Positions 9,563 to 19,400 of a DNA stretch of 64,000 bases are shown here, piece by piece. The stretch spans positions 12,651 to 76,650 of the IMG/VR virus record IMGVR_UViG_3300045988_129366, one strand, 5' to 3'. The notes under the pieces were generated by a model. The model did no database searches. It saw only the letters and a list, made by a program, of their open reading frames with translations, and had not been told where the DNA came from. Positions within the stretch are counted from its first letter, which is position 1, and each line of letters opens with the position of its first letter. The stretch comes from a virus. The position numbers were made by a program, and so were the translations under genes.

Positions 9563-10012
9563 CTATTTTACTGCCCGTTTTGGAGGCTCGTATTTTAGTC
9601 CTTTAAGTTTATCATTGGGTGGTATGCGGTCTTCGCACCCCGATTTGCGGCAATGCCACATCTTGTAATGCTCTTTCATGCTACGCTCATTGTCGCGCTC
9701 TTCTGTAAGTGCGATAATCCGCTCATTAAGGCGGTTCAACTCGGTTTCGCTCTTATACACGCGGTCTGACAATTCTCGGTTGCGGTCGATATGCTTGTCT
9801 ACCGTAGTATTGAGGGTGGAGAGGCGCGAAGTTAGCGAATCCACAAGTTTCAGCAGGTTATCGAAGCGGTGGTCTTCCACCTCGTTTGCCTCCGCCTCGC
9901 TTTTCTCAGCTTCCGCGTCCTTGATGCGTCGGTTGGCTTTGCCGTATAACGCAAAGCCGACGAGCGTTGAGCATCCAAGTAGTGTCGATATTAATGTCAG
10001 TACTGTTTCCAT
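9563..10012 (-). CDS. membrane-anchored coiled-coil protein (i-spanin-like or holin-associated lysis protein)
   Basis: N-terminal hydrophobic segment LISTLLGCSTLVGFALYG, long coiled coil, C-terminal Cys pair; adjacent to endolysin. Confidence 0.4.
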   Translation of the reverse strand: METVLTLISTLLGCSTLVGFALYGKANRRIKDAEAEKSEAEANEVEDHRFDNLLKLVDSLTSRLSTLNTTVDKHIDRNRELSDRVYKSETELNRLNERIIALTEERDNERSMKEHYKMWHCRKSGCEDRIPPNDKLKGLKYEPPKRAVK

Positions 10013-10014
10013 TT

Positions 10015-10458
10015 CTACTTTCTGAATTTCTTAATCAGCCATATCACGGCAACGGCAATCACCGCGCCGAGCAGCACCATCGCATAGCCGCCGTAGTCGA
10101 CCTTGGTGCGCTCCCACCGTGACAGCTTCCGCTCCACAGGATAGGGTACAGGCACGGAGTCGGTGCGCTCGACATAGAGCGTGTCATGCACCTGTGTCGT
10201 GCGGTCGCGCCACCGGTCACGCCAGTCAATCACCGTGTCGCCCTTTACATAGATGAAGCGCGTGTCGCCCTGTATCACGGTGTCGGTGCGCCACCGCGTC
10301 ACCGTCTCGGTCTCTGTCTTCACACGCTCCATCGGCACATACACCGTGCGGGTGCATCCCGCAAGACACGCCAGTATCAGCAGACCCACAGCCGCGTATG
10401 CTGCAAGACACATAATCACTGTCAACGCCGCTGCGCCGCCAATATCCTTCCGTTTCAT
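10015..10458 (-). CDS. u-spanin-like protein (lipoprotein signal plus C-terminal TM)
   Basis: From internal start MKRKDIGG: signal LLILACLAGC with lipobox LAGC, C-terminal TM YAMVLLGAVIAVAVIWLI then KKFRK; ATGA overlap with endolysin stop. Confidence 0.5.
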   Translation of the reverse strand: MKRKDIGGAAALTVIMCLAAYAAVGLLILACLAGCTRTVYVPMERVKTETETVTRWRTDTVIQGDTRFIYVKGDTVIDWRDRWRDRTTQVHDTLYVERTDSVPVPYPVERKLSRWERTKVDYGGYAMVLLGAVIAVAVIWLIKKFRK

Positions 10459-10847
10459 AGCTTCGCGGGGTCGAGAGATATATGAATCCACGAGCCGCCC
10501 TTTTCCCATAGCAGCTCCTTTACGGGCAGCCTCAGCTGTCGGGCGAGGTCATAGAGGCGGCGGTTTCCCTCACAGTCAATCTGATACTTGCCTGTGGCGC
10601 GGATGTCGGCGGCAAGACCCTTCATGTGGTTGGAGTTTGCCACGCCGCCTACAGCCGCGTTGAGCCGGGGACAGCGGTAGCCGCTCGTCACATAGATAGG
10701 CTTGCCGAAAGCCTCGCGCAGCGGGTCGAGGATATTCTGCACGAGCGCGACAATATTCTGCCGCGCCCATGCCGGGGGTGTGTTGTCGATGCTCAGCTCA
10801 CGCGCCTTGTCTGAGTCGGTCATCTCTGTAAAAGTAAAATGACTCAT
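10455..10847 (-). CDS. endolysin, peptidase M15 (DUF882/YcbK-like zinc D,D- or L-Ala-D-Glu peptidase fold)
   Basis: SGYRCPRLNAAVGGVANSNHMKGLAADI matches the SxYRxxxxNxxxGGxxxSxHxxGxAxD zinc-peptidase signature. Confidence 0.75.
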   Translation of the reverse strand: MSHFTFTEMTDSDKARELSIDNTPPAWARQNIVALVQNILDPLREAFGKPIYVTSGYRCPRLNAAVGGVANSNHMKGLAADIRATGKYQIDCEGNRRLYDLARQLRLPVKELLWEKGGSWIHISLDPAKL

Positions 10848-10881
10848 GATTATATCTGTTTGTTAATGTGTTTATGCGGGA

Positions 10882-11478
10882 TTATTCCACCATGTTAGCG
10901 GCAATCATTGACACAAGCGTCAAGCGCGGCACGTCTGCCATCCGTGGCTGCCCGTTCTCATCCACGCCTACCGCCATCTTGACCGTGCCCTCAGTGCCGA
11001 GCATACCGATGATGTCGGCAAGTTCGCGGCGGGTCAGTGCGGCGGGCGTCTTGGCTGCCGTCTTCTCGCCCTCCTTTTCGCGGGCTGTCTTGTAAAGATC
11101 CTCCAGCTCGTCAAGCTCCTTGCGGAACCCCTCAGCCGTCTCGCGGGTCTTGTCAGCCGCCGCTATCTCCTCGTCTGTGGGCATTGCGGGCTGCTCGCCC
11201 TCGCCGTCCCAGTCCTCATGCGCCTTTACGCGGATGTCGGTGCGCTCCATCTCGGCGTATGCGCGGCTGCGCTCGTCGAAACCCTCCTTCTTCATCTTCT
11301 TCAACGCTTCACCCATGCGCGATTCATATTCCTGCATCACCGCGCTCCAGCCCACCTGTGCCATTATCACGCTTGCCGCTGTGTCCTGCGGGAGTTGTCT
11401 GCCGTCGATGGCGATGGGTATCGCCGATGCCACGCGGGTTATGAACGCTGCCTCGTTGTAAGTCACTTTCTTTTCCAT
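10882..11478 (-). CDS. hypothetical protein (acidic, coiled coil)
   Basis: 198-aa ORF in late operon. Confidence 0.45.
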   Translation of the reverse strand: MEKKVTYNEAAFITRVASAIPIAIDGRQLPQDTAASVIMAQVGWSAVMQEYESRMGEALKKMKKEGFDERSRAYAEMERTDIRVKAHEDWDGEGEQPAMPTDEEIAAADKTRETAEGFRKELDELEDLYKTAREKEGEKTAAKTPAALTRRELADIIGMLGTEGTVKMAVGVDENGQPRMADVPRLTLVSMIAANMVE

Positions 11479-11503
11479 TGTCCTGTAAATTTTATATTGT
11501 TAA

Positions 11504-11827
11504 TTATTCTGTTACGTTTATATTGATTTCCGTTGTCATGGTCGCCTCGATGAACGCCTCCACCGCTTCAAGTATAGCCACCCTGTCGGTAGCCGCCCCC
11601 GAATAGGTTATCGTCAAGCCGCCCATGCCGCCGTCGTTTCTGAAATCCGCCAGATGGTTGTTTGATTCAATGTCGGTCACGATGCCCTGATGCACGTTGG
11701 TCACCACGCCCTCCTGGATGTCCACATGCGCCGTGATGCCGTATTGACGCGCCGCGTCACCGCTGTTGCTCACCTCCACCGACGCGCTCAACACGCGCCC
11801 CATTGTCACCTTGTTCTCTGTTTCCAT
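11504..11827 (-). CDS. hypothetical protein
   Basis: 107-aa ORF. Confidence 0.4.
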   Translation of the reverse strand: METENKVTMGRVLSASVEVSNSGDAARQYGITAHVDIQEGVVTNVHQGIVTDIESNNHLADFRNDGGMGGLTITYSGAATDRVAILEAVEAFIEATMTTEININVTE

Positions 11828-11867
11828 AATCTTGTTGTTTTAAGAGTTAATATGTTGTGTAAATTGT

Positions 11868-13442
11868 TTATAATACCGTGCATGAATAGGTCTTACCCGT
11901 GTCATCGGCAATGCTGACCGAGAAAGCGCCGTTCATTGTATGCCACGACTCGTACCAATAGCCGAATGAAACGCCTATCATGAATGAGTCGGCTGTCATG
12001 TCGGCTCTCGGCTTCACCTCGATATACATTCCGCTCGTCCGCGGTGATGTCGCCGACCATCCCGAAAGCATCCCCGCGCCCGTCTTGGTTGATGTCTGCG
12101 CCGTGACTATCCTTGCTCCCGATACATCGGGGTCGGTCTTGACACTGAATGAGCCGCTTTGCACGGCAGTCACGGTCATGTATTGCGATGCAGGTCCCGA
12201 CAAACCCGGTTCAAGGTTTCTCACCGATGCGAACCGTCCCTCGCCCGAAGCCATGAACGATATACTAAGTGCCGAATCGTTGGCGAGATAAAAGCGGTAT
12301 GTACCCGTTGTCTTGTTTCTTACGAGCGTGAATGCGAGCGACACATTGCGTACCTTCACCCGCATACCCGTAGACACAATGTTGCTTATCTTGTCTACCG
12401 CATAATTACGGTGTCCCGGCGCGTTTATGCCGAATATAATCCATTGGTCGCCCGCCGTGTTCAACCGGCACAGGAACGGCACTATCGCGACATATTCGTC
12501 CGTGGCGAATGTCGTTGAACTTGCCGCTGGACCCGCCGAAGCCATTGATGACAGCGACAAAGCCCGCATTGTCACCACCCCGGTGCTTGTATCGCCTCCC
12601 GTATTTGAGAGCGGCTGCCCCATAATCTGTATCTGCGTGAGCGGGGTTCTTGTCTGCGGCGTGATGCCCGTTGCTCCGCGTAGCGAGGTTATCGCGATAC
12701 CCGCGTACAGTGGTCTTGATGTGGAGGCGGTGTCAAACAAGGCGTTTAGTCCGAGGTTGCCCGAAACACCGTCATCTCCCACGGAGTCGGCACGTTGGAT
12801 GTATATCTGCGCCGCGCCGAAGGCTGCGGTATTACCTGTTATACCTACCGAGAATCCGAGGGCGCGTATCGGTGATGTGTCGTGGGTTTCGTTGTATTGC
12901 ACGACATTGTTTCGGTAATTGTCAAAATCGGTCAATCTGAAAAAACCGCCTGTTTGGGGCGCATCATACGACCAGTATTTTGCCACCGTTGTCATGTTGC
13001 CGTCGGAGTATGCCGCCGACTCGATGGCTATATCAGACAGCCCTACATTTACGAGAGCAGGCGCACCGCCGGGTCCGAACGCGGGTGCCGATGACTGCAA
13101 CTGCGACACTGGTATCCTTATATATGGTTTTCTTACTCCGTACCGTGATATTCCGTCAAACCATTCCGATGCCTCGACGGAGGAGTCGCCGTTGGATGTG
13201 TCGTTCGGTCCCGTCTGCGGATTTGACGGCATGATACCATGCTTCCTCGTTGGCTTGAATATTGACAGCATGTTTATCTTCCCGTGGCGGTTGCTGCACA
13301 TGTAGCCGATGTCGTTTGACGCGACACCGAGCACCGCACCGACATCCGCTGTCACGTCGATTCCGTGCTTGACACCGTTCTTTATCTCGCTATATATCCT
13401 GTTCCCGTCGTGTGCCATGTTATGCTGCTTTAATCCGTTCAA
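11868..13442 (-). CDS. putative tail fibre / receptor-binding structural protein
   Basis: 524-aa Ser/Thr/Gly-rich ORF immediately downstream of giant fibre gene. Confidence 0.45.
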   Translation of the reverse strand: MNGLKQHNMAHDGNRIYSEIKNGVKHGIDVTADVGAVLGVASNDIGYMCSNRHGKINMLSIFKPTRKHGIMPSNPQTGPNDTSNGDSSVEASEWFDGISRYGVRKPYIRIPVSQLQSSAPAFGPGGAPALVNVGLSDIAIESAAYSDGNMTTVAKYWSYDAPQTGGFFRLTDFDNYRNNVVQYNETHDTSPIRALGFSVGITGNTAAFGAAQIYIQRADSVGDDGVSGNLGLNALFDTASTSRPLYAGIAITSLRGATGITPQTRTPLTQIQIMGQPLSNTGGDTSTGVVTMRALSLSSMASAGPAASSTTFATDEYVAIVPFLCRLNTAGDQWIIFGINAPGHRNYAVDKISNIVSTGMRVKVRNVSLAFTLVRNKTTGTYRFYLANDSALSISFMASGEGRFASVRNLEPGLSGPASQYMTVTAVQSGSFSVKTDPDVSGARIVTAQTSTKTGAGMLSGWSATSPRTSGMYIEVKPRADMTADSFMIGVSFGYWYESWHTMNGAFSVSIADDTGKTYSCTVL

Positions 13443-16400
13443 TTTCTTGTTTCAATGCGCGGTTCTCGGCTTCAAGAGCCTTTATGCGCGCCTCGTGGTC
13501 ATCTGCCTTGCGGGCGAGGCTCACCGATGCGAGCAACGCCGTCTTGCCGTAGTCGAGCGACATCCATCCCTGTTCGTCGGTGCGGGTCAGCTCGGGCAAT
13601 ATCGCGCCCCAGTACTGCGCGGTCGAGCCTACATCCACGACCCCCGTGTCCTTGCGCCTGTACCGCCACAGCGGCGCGGCTGCTATGTCGGCTATGGGTA
13701 GGGCGATGTCCGCAATCCTCGTCTTCAGCCGTGCGTCAGAGCTTGTGGAGATGTTTGATGCCGTAACCACGCCCGCGAAAGTGACGGCGTTGGTGGCGAG
13801 GTTTATCTCCATAAGGCTGCCGCCGTGGTCTGACGTCGGGGTGTCAGGCGCGCCTTTCTTCGTGCGAATGATATTGAAATACGTGTCGCGCTTGTAGAAC
13901 ATCACCCCGTATGTGTTGGCTTTCGCCGTCGAGCCTATGTAGTCGAATATCATGCCGATGTAAGCCTTGCTACGTATCGTGTTCGCCACCGAGAAGTTCG
14001 CCCCGTTCACCTCCAGCTGACTGTTCTGGTAGGCGAGGCGCACATTGTAGTCGGCGGTCGAGTTGCTGCCCGTGAAGTCGATATAGGGGGTTCCCGCAGA
14101 GCGCAGCTCCAGCCACCCCAGCCCCACGGCGGTGCCCAGTCCCGCAGCCGTCAGCGAGTCGCTGCCACCCGTGGTCACATACAAGCGGCGGCAGAAGATT
14201 TGATTCCAGTGCGATGTCGTGCTTCCGAGGTTATATGTACCCGAAGTCTGCGGCGTGATGGCGCGAGCCGTCATTGATGCCGTGAACGTCTTAGCCCCGC
14301 TGATTTCTTGTGCCGTGTTCTTAGTCACATAGTTTGCAAGCGACTGATGCGAGGTAAGCACCTTCGCGCCTCCTGAGTAAAGACATCCGTCAGTTCCGAC
14401 ATAAGCCGTGTCGTGCGAATATGTTTGGGGGTTCGCCGCCTGCGATGTAGCCCCTATCAGGAATATCTTGCTTGCCGTGTCCGTGCTGCCCGCAGTGTTC
14501 TTTGTGTCGGTGTTCGGGTTGGCGGGCAACTTGACCGTGATATTGGTGCCCCCGACAGCCGCCACGGTCACTGCGGTGTTCCACGAAAGGGTTGCCGCCT
14601 TGTTGCTCACGGAGGTCGATGTCAGGAACTCGCTTGCGTTGTGCGTAACGATGTCGCCGAACGCCCCGTGCTTGCAATAGGCGAGTCGCGATTTTATCTC
14701 TACTGTGTCACCGCCGATTACACGAGCGGTGGCAGGTGTGGTGTATGCTCCGTTCCATAATTGCAGCGCAAACACTTCTATGATTTTGTTCTCAGTCCCG
14801 TCATTGTTTCCCATAGGGAGGGCGACACCATCTTCGCTTGAAAAACCTCTGCGCCATATCTCTCTTACGCTACCATCTGCCATCAGCACTTGCGTGTCAG
14901 TTCCGCCCCGCTTGGTGAACGATGTCGCAGTCACAGCACCCGCAGCAGTAACGCGGAACTTGTCGCCGCCGCCTCCCACCTGTAGCTCCCCGTCGGTGCG
15001 GATGATTCCCGAAGCCGCATAGAGGCTCTTGCCGCCGTGGATTCTTATCCATGTGCTGTCGGTCATACACCACCCGCCGCCGTAGGTCTCCGAGTACCAG
15101 CCCGCACTGCCGACTGTTCTCACCCATGAGTTACAGATGAACGAGGCTGCCGCGAGCTTGTAGCTGTCGTTGGTGTAGCCGACCCTGACATTGCCACCCG
15201 CTGATATGGACAGACCGTCAGCACCACCGTTGTAACACATGCTGAAATGACCGTCACCTGCCATGCCTATGCGGAAATAGTTGGTGGTCTGATTTGCACC
15301 ATAGAAGCTGATAAACGCCCCGCTTCCGGCTTCCTTGCGGTAGAGGGAGATGCCCGGTATGACCCCGCTGTAGTTCACGGTCATCGCGCCGTCAACATTT
15401 CCCGTGCCGTCGAAGGACCGCCCCCACAATGTACGCGCCGTCTGTAGCTTGGTCGCTGATGCCACGTTGTCAAAGAGGAAAGCAACGGGATTCCAACCGC
15501 TCCAACTCTCTGTATTAATGCGAGTATAAACCCTTCCGGTTGAGTATTCCAATGCAAGCTGTTTTACACGACCGGCGACATGTCCGAGCACCATCATGGA
15601 AAAGTTCCATGAATTACCCGGCGTGGGGGACTTGTCTGAGATATTGGCAGGGTTGCCGTCAAAATAATAGAATCCTGGTGTCGTGATATTAGTTGATGCA
15701 ACGGCATTAGAGCCGTTAATCAGCTTCGCTGTCACATGTCCGTTATGCACCCCGTCAAGCAAGTCGGCATCCAAGCCGCTGCCTGCACCGTCATTGCCCG
15801 CGTGCCACACGGTGTTGTTATTATACGTAATAGCAGATGATGAAAGGATAAGCCCGTTTGTGCTTCCTACCCCAAGTGTGACATTAGGACGCAGGTAGAT
15901 ACTACCAGTCGCATACATGCCTAATCCCGCGCTTGCATCTGTGCCAATACGCGCCTGCTCCGTAGTCGTACCTGTCTTAATAAAACTCAATGCGGTCTTG
16001 TTGTATGCCGCACTTGAACCCGAAGTCAATGTCAAGCACCCCGTCATGGTGTCTCCCGACACGTTCACATACCTCGGGTCGAGTGTCGCAGCGTAGTTGC
16101 CCGCATGAAGAAGCACATTGCCGTTATAGTGGGGCGTCCCGTCATCCTTTATGCCGAGATATTTCTGAGAGGGAGTGTTATAGATGGCTGTTCCGTGTGT
16201 CGAGTGGTGAGTAAAAGCTGCCTTGTAGACACCAGCCCTTTGCAGGTATATGAACGGCTCATTAGTGCCGGTTTGATTAAAAACAGCCAATGCAGAGGGT
16301 GCGTTAATCCCTATTGTCAACGTCCCCGTCATCGTGTCGCCTGCTTTCTTGACGTAAGCCGTCAGATTAGAGCCGATTACAGAGTTGAAGTTGACTGAAT

Positions 16401-19400
16401 CGAGTATGGTAGCCCATGCCGACCAGTTTGCCGAAGCCGTGTCGCGGCGGTTACGGTAGTAGAGGCTCGCATGACCCTCATTTGTGCCTGACCACCCCAT
16501 AAGCAGCTCGCCCCCGCCAATAGCAGTAGAGCCTTGCACCGCAAGCACGTTGCCGTAGGTGGTGGGGTAGCCATTGTTATAAGCCTCAAACAACCTCACA
16601 CCAACGCCGTGCGCCGTGTTGTCAGTCACGGCGGTAATTCTTCCGTATGAGCGTAATACCCTTGACTCTGCCGCAAACGGGAGCGTGATGTTATTCCCCA
16701 AGCCGTTCTTTACCCATGTCAGCGCATCGCCCGTCACCCTCAGTGCGGTGAGGTACTTTGCGTCAGCCTCTGACCCGGTGAGAAACCCCGAGTCATTCGT
16801 AAGGTGCGATGTCTTTGTCGGTATGTTCACAATGTTGCCGACCCCCGGCTCATCCTCGTCGTGCATCACGTTAAATTGCACACCGCCATCTGGGAACTTC
16901 CCAGCCATGAAAGCCACGCCTGAATTGAAACGCTCCACGGTCGGATAGTCCGCTGCATCCATCGTAGCCATCGTGCCAAACCGCCCACGGTCGCAATACA
17001 TGAGGTTTGAGCCTCCCGCCGCATATTGCCCGTTCCAATAGGCGATAGTGTTGATTGTCACAACCTGCCCCGATGTCCCGCCCCATCCGAGGTTGGTGAC
17101 GGAAGAGAGTGTATGTTTCGTAGCCACTGAACCATCCGCCATGAGGAACTGAGAGGATGTGCCGCCCGACTTGATAATCGAGGTCGCCGTGAATGAGTTG
17201 CGCGCCACGATTCTGCCCGACTTATAGAAGTCAAGCGAGTTTTTGAGCCAAGAACCGCTTGCACCGAGAATCTCGATGGCTGCAACCCTTTCGGTGTCGC
17301 TGTCGCCGAATGAGTAAAAGGTCAGACCGCAGGCTTTGTCCTGTCTTACCGCCAACGCACCGTTGTTAAACGTCTTTCCTCCGCTGATTCTTTGTGCCGT
17401 GTTGGTTGTCACATAATTGGCGAGGCTCTGATGCTGTACAAGCGGCGTGATGGATGTGCCGTTTATCGTGATTGTGCCGTTGGTTATCTTGGTGTTCTTG
17501 TCGGTCAGCACCGTGTGCCACGTGCCGCCCGTCCCCGATACCGTACGGTCATCAAACACCTTTATACCCCCGTAGGCATCCACCGCAAGCCGTGCCCTGC
17601 GTATGTCATCGCCACTATTGTAACATGTCTGCGTCAGCATCATGAAGCTGCCTGCGAACGGCGTGTTCTTCATTGTCGCCGTGTTGCCGTCGGTGTCGGA
17701 GTAATACAAATGGCTGCCCGTCAGCGCGGCGATGTCCGTGTTGTTGTCGAGTTTCACCCTCTCCACATAGTTCGCGAGGAGCAGCACGGGCGCGTATTGC
17801 GCGTGGGTGTGGCTCGTTATGTTTCCCGTCAGTACCGCCTCCACCTGTGCCTTGGTGATTGCCGTCAGATAATTGCCCTTGGGCTGGAATTTGTTGTCTG
17901 CCTCCGTCTTGGTATAAATGTTGGTAAGAGCCGTCACGGGCGCATACTGCGTGTGAACGTGACTGGAGGGCGACGCGCCGATTTTGGCGGGTGTGATGTC
18001 GATTTCCGCAGCCTCCGTCTTGGGGTTGTATGTCAGCAGCGACGTGCCGTTGCCCTTTATCGTCAGCGCGTGGATGGACTGGTGTGACGTGATGGGCGTT
18101 ATCGTCTTGCCGCCCAAGGTAATCACCCCGTTCTCAATCTTCGCGTCGGTGATGCCGTAGCCTGAGAGGGTGGTAGGCTTCCCGCTCGTTATCTTCTCCC
18201 AACTCAAATCAGGGATGTCGGTAGCACTGAGGTTCACCACCAGTGTCTCTCCACTCATCTTCAAGCCGCCGAACACGCCCACCTTGACACCACCCTTGAC
18301 CGATGCCGAGGCTGTCGGAAGGGAGTAGGGTGCATGGGTGCTGATAACACCGTTGGTGATGGTGATGTTTGCCCCTATCTTAACTCCGCCGAGTGTGTCA
18401 GCCGATGCTGTCGGCAGCGTGTAATTTTGCAGTCCCGTCAGTTTCAGTTTCAGTGCGTCGGTGAAATCGTTAGATGACAGACCCTTACCGTGTTCCTTGT
18501 CAACCTTGTTGCTCAAAAGGTTGGCGAGCGTGTCAGCCTCGGTGTACGTGTCGAGGAAAGCCACGACCTCCTCCCACTTGTTGATAATCGTGTCGGAGTC
18601 TTCTCCAAGTATGGCGTTTAGCTTCGTAGCGGTCTGATTCCATAAAAGTTTTTCCGCGCCTGCAACGTGGTTCGTTGTGTTGTTAAGGTGGTTTTCAAGC
18701 GTTGCCGCGCTCGCCACGTCCGCGATGTTGATGGTCGCGTCGGCGTTCGGCTTGTATGTGCCGACCGTTGTGCCGTTCTTCTGTATGGTGAGCGTGTGCA
18801 GGCTTGATGATGTCAGATAGCCCTTGCCTGTCACCCATGCTTGTGTGGCATAGCCGCTCAACGATGGTATGTCCGACTTCTTGGCGTAGTTGTTCGTCGT
18901 GAGATAGTCCGCAAGCTGCGACTCGTCAAGACCGCCGCCCGAAGCCATGTCGTTCAACTCATCCACCGTCACCATGTCCGAGCCATCCCAACGGTAGAAC
19001 TCCGATGCTTGTAGGTTGCAATACAGCACGTCTGAGCGCGGTGTCCATCCGCGTGTGGCTGTCAGCACCGACCCCATGCCTTCAGCACCGACCCAGTTGG
19101 TGAAGATGCCGTCGCTGTTTGTTATTGACGGGCGAATAGGATAACCTGACATGGCTACAAGCGTCTTGCTTACCGTGTCATACAGTACCGTGGGCGTACC
19201 ACTGAGTGACTGCGGCAACAGAGGCTCGTCAAAATCAAGCGTGACAAAACGGCTTATATAAACGATTATCGGCGAGTTATATATCTGCGGCTTTGTGTAG
19301 TAGTCATTGAGCGTCACATCGGTGACGTAATTTCCCTTTGGCTGGAATCTCTCGTCAGCCTGTGTCTTTGAGTAGTACCCCGACAGGCTTGCGGAGGTAA

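Noticed and set aside
17392-18087. 231-aa + strand ORF inside the giant tail-fibre gene (and many other 60-200-aa antisense ORFs within 13420..20733, 21818..25378 and 27295..32955)
   Set aside because: Embedded antisense to long, coherent structural genes with recognisable domains. GC-rich antisense frames of such genes commonly stay open. No independent signals.
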